The notes: generated by a model from the letters alone, not told the origin. DNA of 42,266 nt from a virus (IMGVR_UViG_3300020152_000012:1-42266); one strand, 5' to 3'. Shown: positions 29,110 to 38,075, numbered from the stretch's first letter. A program made the numbers and translations.

Positions 29110-29138
29110 ATTGTATTCCTAATAAGTCCGGTTGTAAA
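29110..29138 (-). promoter_or_regulatory. Sigma70-like capsid promoter
   Basis: TTTACA (29138-33), 17-bp spacer, TACAAT (29115-10). Confidence 0.65.
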
Positions 29139-29145
29139 CGGGGAG

Positions 29146-30018
29146 TTAAGTCTTTACTTTGCCTGGGCTTGCAATCTTATAAAGATTCGTCATTCGTTCA
29201 ACAGCTGCCTTATGGCCGGCATGATCTTTGGTCATGTAAGCAGTCATGAATTCAGAATCCGTATTTAGACGCGCGATTTCTGCTTTCGCAGTATTAGCAT
29301 CAGGAGTAAAACCAGCATTGTTTGCACCTTCACTAAAGGCTTTGTCTTCTTGCAGAAGTTTACCAACCTTAGCCATTATTTTGACAAACGTTGGATGAGA
29401 ACCCAAACCAGTTTCATTAAAGAAAGCTGCATCATCTTGGTCGACAAACATTTTAGAAGCACGTTCAACAACCAGTTGAGTTTCTTCCCATTTGTCACCG
29501 AAAATTTCTTCACACTTTCCTTCGTACTCGTCGAGAGTTTCATCCAGGTTCTTAGCACCAGTACCAGTTTCAACTTCACGTTGTACGTAGTCATTCAACA
29601 GACCTTCAGCCTGCTTAGCAGTTAAACCGTGCTTATGGAACGTAGTCTTGGCCCAGTCAGTTAGCTTAGGGTCAAGTTGACGATCTTTAAACTGGTCAGC
29701 AAGCTTAAACTCGTACTGATCTGGTTTTTCAGGACGACCCAACTTATTATAGATGGGGTCCCAAGATTCGCCTTCCTTCGGAAGTTGAATCGCGTTACCA
29801 AGCATGCTTTGCAGATTGACGTGGGACTTTACCAAGCCACCAAGGTCAGTGTAATCTTTCAAAGCAGCATGGTCTTTGAATTCTTCTGGAAGTGAATCCC
29901 GGAAAGAAGGAGTACCACCTGCTGGAGGAGTTACATTACCGCCACCACCGCCAGCTCCACCATCTCCACCTTCACCTTCACGATACATACGCCCCATTAA
30001 CCGGTTATATTTCCACAT
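29146..30018 (-). CDS. Capsid scaffolding protein
   Basis: Between portal and capsid; YNKLGRPE, GLGSHP, HAGHKAAV motifs. Confidence 0.8.
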   Translation of the reverse strand: MWKYNRLMGRMYREGEGGDGGAGGGGGNVTPPAGGTPSFRDSLPEEFKDHAALKDYTDLGGLVKSHVNLQSMLGNAIQLPKEGESWDPIYNKLGRPEKPDQYEFKLADQFKDRQLDPKLTDWAKTTFHKHGLTAKQAEGLLNDYVQREVETGTGAKNLDETLDEYEGKCEEIFGDKWEETQLVVERASKMFVDQDDAAFFNETGLGSHPTFVKIMAKVGKLLQEDKAFSEGANNAGFTPDANTAKAEIARLNTDSEFMTAYMTKDHAGHKAAVERMTNLYKIASPGKVKT

Positions 30019-30274
30019 TTTGTGTCTCCTGCATTAAGTTATCTAGCTTTTGATAATCGATGTGCAGCTGTCTCATGATACTGAGAACAAGTCTGCGTTG
30101 CCCTTCGTGCATGGCAGTTGCCTGTGGGTCACCACGCACTAGAGTTGGGGTGAAGACAAAATTGGTTCGTGCCAAGTGGGCTAAAACCAACTGTCCATCT
30201 GGAGAATCGAATACCCGTTTATAGGCATCGTTTAACCGATATTTATCCTGCATTAATTGTATTAAGTTCTTCAT
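30005..30274 (-). CDS. Bbp19-like conserved protein
   Basis: YKRVFDSPDGQLVLAHL...EGQRRLVL. Confidence 0.75.
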   Translation of the reverse strand: MKNLIQLMQDKYRLNDAYKRVFDSPDGQLVLAHLARTNFVFTPTLVRGDPQATAMHEGQRRLVLSIMRQLHIDYQKLDNLMQETQNVEI

Positions 30275-30286
30275 TCTAGGTGGTCC

Positions 30287-31906
30287 TTACGACATTTGTT
30301 TTACTTTTGCCATTGATTCCATAGCTTTACCACCAGCAGCAGCGGTATTTGCCATAGAATCAGCAGCAGCCAATTCCTCCATTTGGGCCTGTTTAGCAGC
30401 TCTTGCATCCCGAAGTTTCTTGACATCTTTATCAGTACGCAGAAGTTGAACAGGCATTTCCATTTGCTCGGCAGTATATTCAGCCATTTTATCGAAGTCA
30501 AACTTATCAAACATTTCTGGAGCAACTTCAGCGAATGGCGTAAGTACTTCAACCGTTCTAGTAATGCCCGTCAGCTGGCTCATCTTAAGAGCACGAGTAA
30601 TCGGAGACTCATACTCTATAATATACTCCTTATCGACGAGCTGTGCTGGTACTGGAGGAAGAAGTCCCATCCGACCAGCGATTGCAATTGACCGGTCGAT
30701 AATCCGACCTAGGCCTTCAACTTGAAGACGAGAAACCATCGGGCTCATAGCGCGCATGTTTTCTTCATCTCGCTTAGCAGCCTCAAACCGAGTCATCTCT
30801 TTATCTTCTTTTTGAAGACGCATCGAATCCAGATAGAATGACCGTAAGATTTGTTGACGGCGTTGTTCCATCATTTCGATACCGATGCCAATATCACCAC
30901 CGGTCTGGATAGGTTCGATACGGTCTTCTCGACCAGCTTCATAATAGTTAATACCACCCGGAGTAGTCTTAACTGGAAGCAGGAAGCCTTCATCTGGCAT
31001 CATTAAAGGAGGGTCAACTATCTTTTGGGCAGACTTGAGAACAGTCTTGCTCATCTCGTTAATCATACGAATATCATGCAGAGCCGTCATTGCAGGGCTA
31101 CGGCCATACAGTTCGCCAGTTACCTTAGACCAACGAGGTGTGGAGAACGGAAACTCATAAAATCGACCCTTGCGAAGTTGCCGCTTTTCTTCTACCAGAA
31201 CATAGATAGATTCGAATTCGAAACCTAGTCCGCGGTCAAGCTTATCCTTAGTAGGACGAACCGTATGAATGAGTTCCATTTCTGTTTCTGGATTCTTCTC
31301 GAAAAGCTTTTGAATCTTTTCTCCAGCAGTATCAGGAAACTTCTCCATGATCTTACGCACAGACCAGCGGAAGCGTCTATATAGAGTATCAACAATGCCG
31401 TCAGCATTTTCTACTAGACAGCATTCCGACAAGTGGAAAGTATGGAACCGGATAGGAAAACGTCGATTCATCCGTTCTTCAATGTACATGATTGACGTAC
31501 CAAGACAGCCAATATCTAGATACATCTCATGGGATTGAGGAACAAAATTGGTTTGCGGCTGATAAATCATTCGGTAAATAGTATCAGCTACCGATTCAAG
31601 CCAGTACCGAACTTCATCATCTTCCATCAAGTCGTCATCATCAACTCGAAGTTTCATCCATCGAGAAGTGGCTGGAGTAATGAAACCATGTAAGCCAGCA
31701 GCTAATTGTTCATTAGCCCATACAGCTGTAGTATCGAATATCTTGCTATCGATAGTATCGCCGGCTACGATGTTCTGACTGAAGGAAGCTCGACGTGGCA
31801 GAACTAATTCTGAGACGCTTTGCCACATATTATTCCAGTTGGAACGAGCTGACCGGCAAGCATCGTCCCGCTGGATAATCTCAAGTGCGATTTTATCTTC
31901 AGCCAT
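30287..31906 (-). CDS. Portal (head-tail connector, T7 gp8-like)
   Basis: FDTTA, PRW...GELYGRSPAM, VDPPL. Confidence 0.93.
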   Translation of the reverse strand: MAEDKIALEIIQRDDACRSARSNWNNMWQSVSELVLPRRASFSQNIVAGDTIDSKIFDTTAVWANEQLAAGLHGFITPATSRWMKLRVDDDDLMEDDEVRYWLESVADTIYRMIYQPQTNFVPQSHEMYLDIGCLGTSIMYIEERMNRRFPIRFHTFHLSECCLVENADGIVDTLYRRFRWSVRKIMEKFPDTAGEKIQKLFEKNPETEMELIHTVRPTKDKLDRGLGFEFESIYVLVEEKRQLRKGRFYEFPFSTPRWSKVTGELYGRSPAMTALHDIRMINEMSKTVLKSAQKIVDPPLMMPDEGFLLPVKTTPGGINYYEAGREDRIEPIQTGGDIGIGIEMMEQRRQQILRSFYLDSMRLQKEDKEMTRFEAAKRDEENMRAMSPMVSRLQVEGLGRIIDRSIAIAGRMGLLPPVPAQLVDKEYIIEYESPITRALKMSQLTGITRTVEVLTPFAEVAPEMFDKFDFDKMAEYTAEQMEMPVQLLRTDKDVKKLRDARAAKQAQMEELAAADSMANTAAAGGKAMESMAKVKQMS

Positions 31907-31907
31907 G

Positions 31908-32669
31908 TTATACTCCTCCTAAGAGGCTTCTCCGATTGGACGGAGCAGCTCCTGCAATTACGGTTGTACCGAAGCCTCTTTTACCAGCATTCTTTTTCGC
32001 CTTAACGAGAGGGTCTACTTGCATGTTATCCCCTGAACCGATAATCCCTTGGTTGCCGTAATACTTGTCTATCTTTTCGGCTTTACGAGCATCATTTACG
32101 GCTTTAGCCAGATTACCAATTTCGTCGTAAGCTGTTTTGGTAGCTCCCAGCTGACGATATGAACCATTAATCTGTCCGTAGTTCTGCTCGACCATTCGGT
32201 AATCCATAGTCTCTTTTGAGTAAGCTGCCATGGAAGCAATACTTCCAGTATTACTACCCATACCTCTAAGAATACGGTCGGCACGGGCTTCCGGAGAATT
32301 ATCTTGGGCCAAAGCACCAAGGTTATTATTAATTGCAGAATTACGCTGGCCACCGAAAGCCATAGTATTACGAGCATCTTCAGCTTGAAGCTTTTGAATG
32401 ACAGAGCTTCTGATACCTGATTGCTTTGTTTGGATAACATCTTTAAGGCTTTCACCTTTCATCTGTCTTCCAAGCTGTTGAACTCGAGTATTGTACGCCT
32501 TAACCGCTTCATTATACTTAGCCGGCTTCGTAGCCACTCCATCTACATCCATGGATTCAATTTCTTTAAGCTCACCAGTATCTTGAACACTTTTAAGATA
32601 TTGCATGTAAGCAGCGGTTTCAGCCTTCTTAGCTTCACGCTTTGCAGCACTTTTACCAGATGAGAACAT
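31908..32669 (-). CDS. Hypothetical virion-associated protein
   Basis: Upstream of portal; ends RRSLLGGV. Confidence 0.65.
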   Translation of the reverse strand: MFSSGKSAAKREAKKAETAAYMQYLKSVQDTGELKEIESMDVDGVATKPAKYNEAVKAYNTRVQQLGRQMKGESLKDVIQTKQSGIRSSVIQKLQAEDARNTMAFGGQRNSAINNNLGALAQDNSPEARADRILRGMGSNTGSIASMAAYSKETMDYRMVEQNYGQINGSYRQLGATKTAYDEIGNLAKAVNDARKAEKIDKYYGNQGIIGSGDNMQVDPLVKAKKNAGKRGFGTTVIAGAAPSNRRSLLGGV

Positions 32670-32671
32670 GA

Positions 32672-32917
32672 TTAGCTACTCCTTCCAAGTAAGGATTTCC
32701 GACCGACAGGAGTACCTTCTAAAGAATCGTTGGTCGTAAGAACGGTTGAACGGCCTCCGTTGCTAGCAGCTCTTTGTTGGCGTTTCTTAAGTTCTTCATT
32801 TGCAGACTTTGCCGCCGCGTCCTTGTCTGGAGTAACCGTGGCTACTCGATTCTGGGGTACTACTTGCGAGACGCTTGCTGATTTGCCTCCGCCAAACATA
32901 CTAGATAAAAAGCTCAT
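32672..32917 (-). CDS. Small virion-associated protein
   Basis: MFGGGK start, GRSTVLT, ends RKSLLGRSS. Confidence 0.7.
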   Translation of the reverse strand: MSFLSSMFGGGKSASVSQVVPQNRVATVTPDKDAAAKSANEELKKRQQRAASNGGRSTVLTTNDSLEGTPVGRKSLLGRSS

Positions 32918-32920
32918 GAT

Positions 32921-34219
32921 TCAGCCTCCAAGAGGGTTATATTCAAGGCCAGTTGTACGGGCCAGAAATGATTGTTTCTTTTTCTTCGTATTTAGGCCTA
33001 GAGCCAGCATACGAGTCATATCGGCCGGATGCGATGTCCAGTCATGAACTGGCTTATCGCCAAAGCAACGGCGCTTATCATCCCATTCTTTCTTGTATTG
33101 CCTGAGAGCTTCATACCAACGACCCGTCTTGGCTTCATCCCACCAAGTACGCGGTAATAGATTTCTTACTGCCTCGATGCCATCTTCAACACTGATTTTT
33201 GGCACAACAGTAAACTTAAGTCCGAGGGACTGAGCGACTTCGTAGCGACTCTTGCCAGAAGTAAATTCACGTACCATGATGTCGTGCGGTCCGAAATGTT
33301 TTCCATACAGATACGGCTTATCTCTTAATACCTTAATATAGTGAAGCATACCTTCACCGCTATTTTCATAATAATCTATCATGCGGATTTCATCATTGTA
33401 AACTTGAACAAATCCGATAGCTACAGAATCCGCAACACCAATATCCCAAGCGGTATGTACTTCAAGCATTGGGTCATATGGAACCTTTACAAATCGTTTC
33501 TCAGCAAGCAGATAACTCATCTGTTGAGAGTAGTACGCGCCCACAAGGCCAGCATCAAATGAGCAGTAAAATTCTTGCTGAATCATTTCTTCAGGCATCC
33601 CTGCCTTGCGTTCTTCTTCAATTATTTCCGGCGAGAGAACCCCAGTATCTTCGACTGAGAGTAGCTCGCAATGCCAGGCAGGATTACTCTTCGCCATATT
33701 ATATAGTTCGTAGCCGTGATTGCGACCACGTGGTGTATATATAAAGATCGCCCAACCACCATTCTCAGCCAGGATCGGTCGGATGAAATCCCACGCTCTG
33801 GGATCTTGTAGCGAGTATTCTGAAAAGACACATCCTCTTGGGTTTGCTCCAACGAGTCTATCAACATTATCCGTCCCCACTACCTGCCAAATAGATCCGT
33901 TAGTAAGCTCAATCTTCATCTCCGTCGAATTGATAGACGAGATGAGTTCCTTGGGCCAAGCGTCCAGGAACGGCCGACCCTCTTTAGTACGACCATCCCA
34001 TACGATTTTCCGGCCTTGGTTGTATGTTGGTAGAAGATGCCAGTAGAGACCTGGTTGTTGGACCGCTTGGACAACTGTAAAGTTGAGACTAGTTGCATCC
34101 TTGCCTGCACGCCTGTGCCATATAGCGACTGCACGTTTACCCCCACGCTCCAAGAAGTTCCAAGTGGGCAGCTGATAATGACGCGGCTCCCAATCTACTG
34201 GAACAGTAATCTCACCCAT
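32921..34219 (-). CDS. terL: Terminase large subunit
   Basis: WHRRAGKD, FSEY, YTPRGRNH, QEFYCSF, WDIG, HDWTSHPAD. Confidence 0.93.
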   Translation of the reverse strand: MGEITVPVDWEPRHYQLPTWNFLERGGKRAVAIWHRRAGKDATSLNFTVVQAVQQPGLYWHLLPTYNQGRKIVWDGRTKEGRPFLDAWPKELISSINSTEMKIELTNGSIWQVVGTDNVDRLVGANPRGCVFSEYSLQDPRAWDFIRPILAENGGWAIFIYTPRGRNHGYELYNMAKSNPAWHCELLSVEDTGVLSPEIIEEERKAGMPEEMIQQEFYCSFDAGLVGAYYSQQMSYLLAEKRFVKVPYDPMLEVHTAWDIGVADSVAIGFVQVYNDEIRMIDYYENSGEGMLHYIKVLRDKPYLYGKHFGPHDIMVREFTSGKSRYEVAQSLGLKFTVVPKISVEDGIEAVRNLLPRTWWDEAKTGRWYEALRQYKKEWDDKRRCFGDKPVHDWTSHPADMTRMLALGLNTKKKKQSFLARTTGLEYNPLGG

Positions 34220-34737
34220 TATTCTTTCTCCGGCGTAACATCAATTACTTCATCTTTAGCGAAGGTACGGACTTTTGCGAATCCACCATATGCTTCAACT
34301 TGAGCAGCAGCTTTAATGTGCGGGTTTGATATTTGAGCTTCTTTAACCTTCTCTTTGATCGGGATTCCATCTACTGTAGCCTGCGTGTAGTCGCGTGGGG
34401 GCCCTTCAATTTCATGCACATGTTGACCGTTAGCAATGACTGCTTTTTCCCCATGCCGTACAATTTTAATAACCGTCTTCGATTTCTTAGCTTGGTCAAC
34501 AGCGACAGCTTTGAGTTTCGGCGCAACATATTCAGCAAGCTCCTTCAGGACTTTAAATCGCTGATCTGGGTCAAGCGGCAGATACTTAACTTCATGTGTT
34601 TCCGGGTCTGCGTATGGATGTCCGTTTAAAGCCATCTTAATCATTTCCCGGATAGGGTCAAGTCCTTCCTCCTCAAAGAGAGCAAGGATGTCAGCATTTA
34701 ATGCAGCGCTATTCTGGCCTGTGACTATTTTCGGCAT
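34219..34737 (-). CDS. Putative terminase small subunit (start uncertain, could extend to 34824)
   Basis: Upstream of terL; DPIREM...KELAEYVAPKLKAV motif. Confidence 0.65.
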   Translation of the reverse strand: MPKIVTGQNSAALNADILALFEEEGLDPIREMIKMALNGHPYADPETHEVKYLPLDPDQRFKVLKELAEYVAPKLKAVAVDQAKKSKTVIKIVRHGEKAVIANGQHVHEIEGPPRDYTQATVDGIPIKEKVKEAQISNPHIKAAAQVEAYGGFAKVRTFAKDEVIDVTPEKE

Positions 34738-35020
34738 GTTGGGCCATATGCTTTTCGTAAAGATTCTTGCGGTATTCTTTATGCTCCTTGGACTGCTTTT
34801 TACGAGCATCTTCAAGAAGAACACCTTCAGGGGTTGTAAAAGCCAGATTTAGTGGCCAACCTTTAGTGATACGTGTACGCAAGGTTTTTTGAGAAACTTT
34901 ACATTGACGAGAGAGACTCCATTCACGGAGGCTGCGTGTTTGGCCTCTATACGTGATGACAACTCCAGAGGGATCGTAGCGTTCGCCTTGTTCTTTCTTT
35001 CGAGGTAATCTTGCAGACAT
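34709..35020 (-). CDS. Small DNA-binding protein resembling the C-terminal domain of phage HNH endonucleases
   Basis: ITYRGQTRSLREWS...TLRTRITKGW...AFTTP; no HNH motif. Confidence 0.6.
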   Translation of the reverse strand: MSARLPRKKEQGERYDPSGVVITYRGQTRSLREWSLSRQCKVSQKTLRTRITKGWPLNLAFTTPEGVLLEDARKKQSKEHKEYRKNLYEKHMAQHAENSHRPE

Positions 35021-35058
35021 TCTTGGTTCCCTGATAATTAACAAAGAGGATAAAGGCC

Positions 35059-35087
35059 ATTATATATAGGTTACAAGAGGGTGTATA
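35059..35087 (-). promoter_or_regulatory. Candidate promoter of the packaging/late operon
   Basis: - strand TATACA, 17-bp spacer, TATAAT. Confidence 0.5.
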
Positions 35088-35440
35088 CGGAATAATTATA
35101 ATTTGCTCATCCGTTTATATAAAAAGGTAGAGTTATTGACGGTATTGGATATTATTGGGATGAATAAATAAACGTTTATATTTATATTCAATAACATAGG
35201 ATTATATTATTGACGGTATTAGACTTTTTATCAAAAAATAATTTTTTTTATTTTATTTTATAATTCCTTATATAATACCGTCAATAGCCATTTACATAAG
35301 TGTTTGATTTTATTATATATACCCTAAGTACACAGCCCAATAATAGGCTAATACCGTCAATAACTTCGGGACAAATTTAAGCAAGATATCGTAATTATTC
35401 GATAAATCGTTATAGGTGGGTTTTTACACCCTCTTGTAAC
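35070..35440. repeat. Nested inverted-repeat region with four TATTGACGGTATT boxes (candidate origin)
   Basis: Boxes at 35134 and 35208 (forward), 35274 and 35350 (reverse); outer 16-bp IR at 35070-85/35425-40; AT-rich centre. Confidence 0.8.
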
Positions 35441-35779
35441 TGTTGTTGTTGGGTCCATATTTTAAAATCGACACCCGTGAATATCCGAGTCTTATTCCCC
35501 GAATCGCTTTCAAAAAGTAATAGGACCAGTACGATCGCTCCCTTGCACTCGAATCGTGATTCGGGCCCCCCGGGCCCTCATCCTCGTGCATTTAACGTAG
35601 GGCCCCTAGCTTTGATTAGAGGCCGCATGCGATGTAAGGATGCGGCAGCTGGTGTGAGGAGCCGGGATAGAGGACAGAGGATCGGCAAACTTACTCGCAA
35701 ATACAGATGTAGTGGGAACCGTCACTCCGTCCTTCAATCCAATAGCAATATCAGAAATCCGTTATCACTCGCCAGATCA

Positions 35780-35873
35780 TGATTAAAAAGTAATCACATG
35801 TCAACACCCCACATCATGAGTCAGTTGTCAACTATCCTTGTTTACATCTGATTAAATATTAATCACTTGTCAA
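35780..35873. promoter_or_regulatory. Two direct repeats of palindromic TGATTA-N5-TAATCA followed by TGTCAA
   Basis: 35780-35804 and 35849-35873. Confidence 0.6.
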
Positions 35874-35971
35874 TAATACATACTCATGCGTATTCATTAA
35901 TCAACAGATGCATATTGATAAAAACAATTAATCAATTATTTGCTTGGATTATGCGCGTTGCCCTCTATCCA

Positions 35972-36003
35972 TGATATAATAGACTCACGTACAATATTGT
36001 ACG
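35972..36003 (+). promoter_or_regulatory. Early extended -10 promoter with downstream palindrome
   Basis: TGATATAAT at 35972-80; CGTACAATATTGTACG at 35988-36003. Confidence 0.65.
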
Positions 36004-36024
36004 CAACAGAAAGGAGAATTAATA

Positions 36025-36420
36025 ATGGCTAAGAACAAGGCACAAGCAGCTCAAGCAGCTGAACCAGTAATCACTGAGAAGCTGGTCAAGAATGTACTGA
36101 ACATCAAGACTCTCTTGGCATCCGCTGGCATCGAAATAACGGATGAGCAAGCAGAAGCACTGTCCAGTAAGATTGTCGTGAAGAAAGTTGGTCGCGCCAA
36201 AGCAACCTACAAGAAAGGCGAGGTTGTCTTGAAACCAGAAGACAAAGCAGCCAATCAAGTACGCGTCGCATTGGACGTGCTCGAAGATGGGATGACCATC
36301 GATCAATGGGCAGAAGCATGCAGCCTGGATACACGCTTCGTGACCAAGCAAGACCCAGCCAAAGTTCTGATGTACTATCAGAAGCAACTCATCGACCAAG
36401 GCTTGCTGGTTAAGGCTTAA
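36025..36420 (+). CDS. Basic early protein, T[RK]Q...YY family (putative winged helix)
   Basis: AAAGGAG RBS; FVTKQDPAKVLMYYQKQL. Confidence 0.8.
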   Translation: MAKNKAQAAQAAEPVITEKLVKNVLNIKTLLASAGIEITDEQAEALSSKIVVKKVGRAKATYKKGEVVLKPEDKAANQVRVALDVLEDGMTIDQWAEACSLDTRFVTKQDPAKVLMYYQKQLIDQGLLVKA

Positions 36421-36469
36421 TGACCAGACTGGAGCCCTCTTGTAACAGAGGGTTCTGGCCTGTTCATTG
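36418..36469 (+). other. Long imperfect hairpin (about 23 bp), possible RNase III or stability element
   Basis: taatgaccagactggagccctct / agagggttctggcctgttcattg. Confidence 0.55.
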
Positions 36470-36501
36470 GCAGGAAGCACATCACATGCGAAAGGGGTAA
36501 C

Positions 36502-36663
36502 ATGACTATCATTGAATACTTGGAACAGAATACACGCTTTCACCCAATAGATATTTTAGGTCCTGAGGACTGTGCTCTATGCGAACTAGAAGATTGTGAC
36601 GATCTATTCCATATTTGTATGGAAGACGGTTTTGCACGTATTGAAGTATTTGATGAAGGTTAA
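36502..36663 (+). CDS. 53-aa acidic Cys-rich peptide (not in ORF track)
   Basis: AAAGGGG RBS; MTIIEYLEQ...CALCELEDCDDLFHIC. Confidence 0.6.
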   Translation: MTIIEYLEQNTRFHPIDILGPEDCALCELEDCDDLFHICMEDGFARIEVFDEG

Positions 36664-36681
36664 CCAACAGGAGAATAACTG

Positions 36682-36861
36682 ATGTACACATGGTTCATTG
36701 TAGAGATAGATTCAAACAGGGTAATAGCTGGTCCATATACGAATCAGGTTTGGGCCGAATATGCAGCTAGAACTGAATACAACAGTCATGTACTCAATCC
36801 GCATTTAGTAGTTAAGTATGGGCGTATTAAAAACGGTTTATTTGTTAAATATGGAGAATAA
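36682..36861 (+). CDS. 59-aa hypothetical protein (not in ORF track)
   Basis: AGGAG RBS; MYTWFIVEIDSNRVIAGPY. Confidence 0.65.
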   Translation: MYTWFIVEIDSNRVIAGPYTNQVWAEYAARTEYNSHVLNPHLVVKYGRIKNGLFVKYGE

Positions 36862-37131
36862 ATGATGCATACAACCAGAGATTACAGTTCACTCGAAGGA
36901 CAAGCCAAGCTCAATGCCGCCATTAAGGACATCAGGTTCTATCTGAGTGACAAGAAGTTCAACGAGCTTACCAAGATGTTTAAGAACGAGCCACGTATGT
37001 CACTGAGCAAGTTTAAGTTTTATCTATCCATGATAGGCATTGAAGGTTATCCAGCGATAGCTTGGGCAGATTACCTTGGTCCTGAACACGTCATTATGGA
37101 TGATGAAACCGAGGAAGAAGATAATGGTTAA
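36862..37131 (+). CDS. Hypothetical early protein
   Basis: GGAG RBS; operon packing. Confidence 0.7.
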   Translation: MMHTTRDYSSLEGQAKLNAAIKDIRFYLSDKKFNELTKMFKNEPRMSLSKFKFYLSMIGIEGYPAIAWADYLGPEHVIMDDETEEEDNG

Positions 37132-37342
37132 GAACTCCCAACAAGTTAAAATCCTTGTACGGACACCCACCACTGTACAATATCTTGAGGACCCGGAGAC
37201 GGGTCTCTCGACGCCTGATCCGCAGGAGGCGTGTGTCTTGACTAACGCACAAGCGGATACGTATATCTTCTTTGCTAAGGAAGAGTTCGCTAGGAATGGT
37301 GCTCAACTCATCAAGATTATATGGAACAAAGCGTCAGGTTAA
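37124..37342 (+). CDS. Hypothetical early protein
   Basis: ATG 37124 after GAGGAAG; overlaps the previous stop. Confidence 0.6.
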   Translation: MVKNSQQVKILVRTPTTVQYLEDPETGLSTPDPQEACVLTNAQADTYIFFAKEEFARNGAQLIKIIWNKASG

Positions 37343-37409
37343 ATAATTAACACTCGGACGTATTTATGTAATATAATATTCATGTCGTAATAACTTCGGG
37401 GGTAATATC

Positions 37410-38075
37410 ATGGGCAAGTATGCTCCAAAGCTGTATAAGGATAGAATCAATCGCAGCGTAGCACTCGAGAAACAAGAACACAAAGACGTCGTAATACGGC
37501 ACGTATTAACCTGTGTCGGGGGTAAGTGGTCCAAGTACGAGAATCTCCTAAAAGCTAAAACTATCTTGTTGCCTGAGCACCACAACATGATATATGTTAA
37601 TGCAGAAGATCTGCAACGGTGTCCAAAACAGTATTACTCCAGTGTAATGAAAGACTTCGGTCTAGATACAATGGAAGAGTTATGGGACCACCTGTGGAAC
37701 GTATCACACGATCCATATAATACGGTCCAGCGGTTTCAGGAACAGGACGCCAATCCCAGCCTGCAACCAGTCAAGAAACGTAACCGTCGTAAACTTGCTT
37801 ACAAGTTCTTCTTTGACGATACGGATGAACGTCAAATGGCTATCTATTATGGCCTTCCTCCACAAGCCAGAGCCATTATCGATATTGTGGATAATGAGTC
37901 CAAACGCATCTTGGCAGATAATCCAGGTAAGGCGGTCATCTTCGAAGAAGTCGAGCTCATGGAACTGATTGAACGCGAGAAAGATCAGCTGGATACTCGG
38001 CAATCGAGCTGGCGCATCTTCCAATACTACCGCGGCAAGCTGATACAATATAGCTTCTTGAGGTATGCACGATGA
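37410..38075 (+). CDS. Early protein with C-terminal T[RK]Q...YY domain
   Basis: LDTRQSSWRIFQYYRGKL; upstream TATAAT. Confidence 0.75.
   Translation: MGKYAPKLYKDRINRSVALEKQEHKDVVIRHVLTCVGGKWSKYENLLKAKTILLPEHHNMIYVNAEDLQRCPKQYYSSVMKDFGLDTMEELWDHLWNVSHDPYNTVQRFQEQDANPSLQPVKKRNRRKLAYKFFFDDTDERQMAIYYGLPPQARAIIDIVDNESKRILADNPGKAVIFEEVELMELIEREKDQLDTRQSSWRIFQYYRGKLIQYSFLRYAR

Noticed and set aside
35477-35782. 101-aa ORF in the control region
   Set aside because: GTG start without an RBS and atypical composition; probably non-coding.
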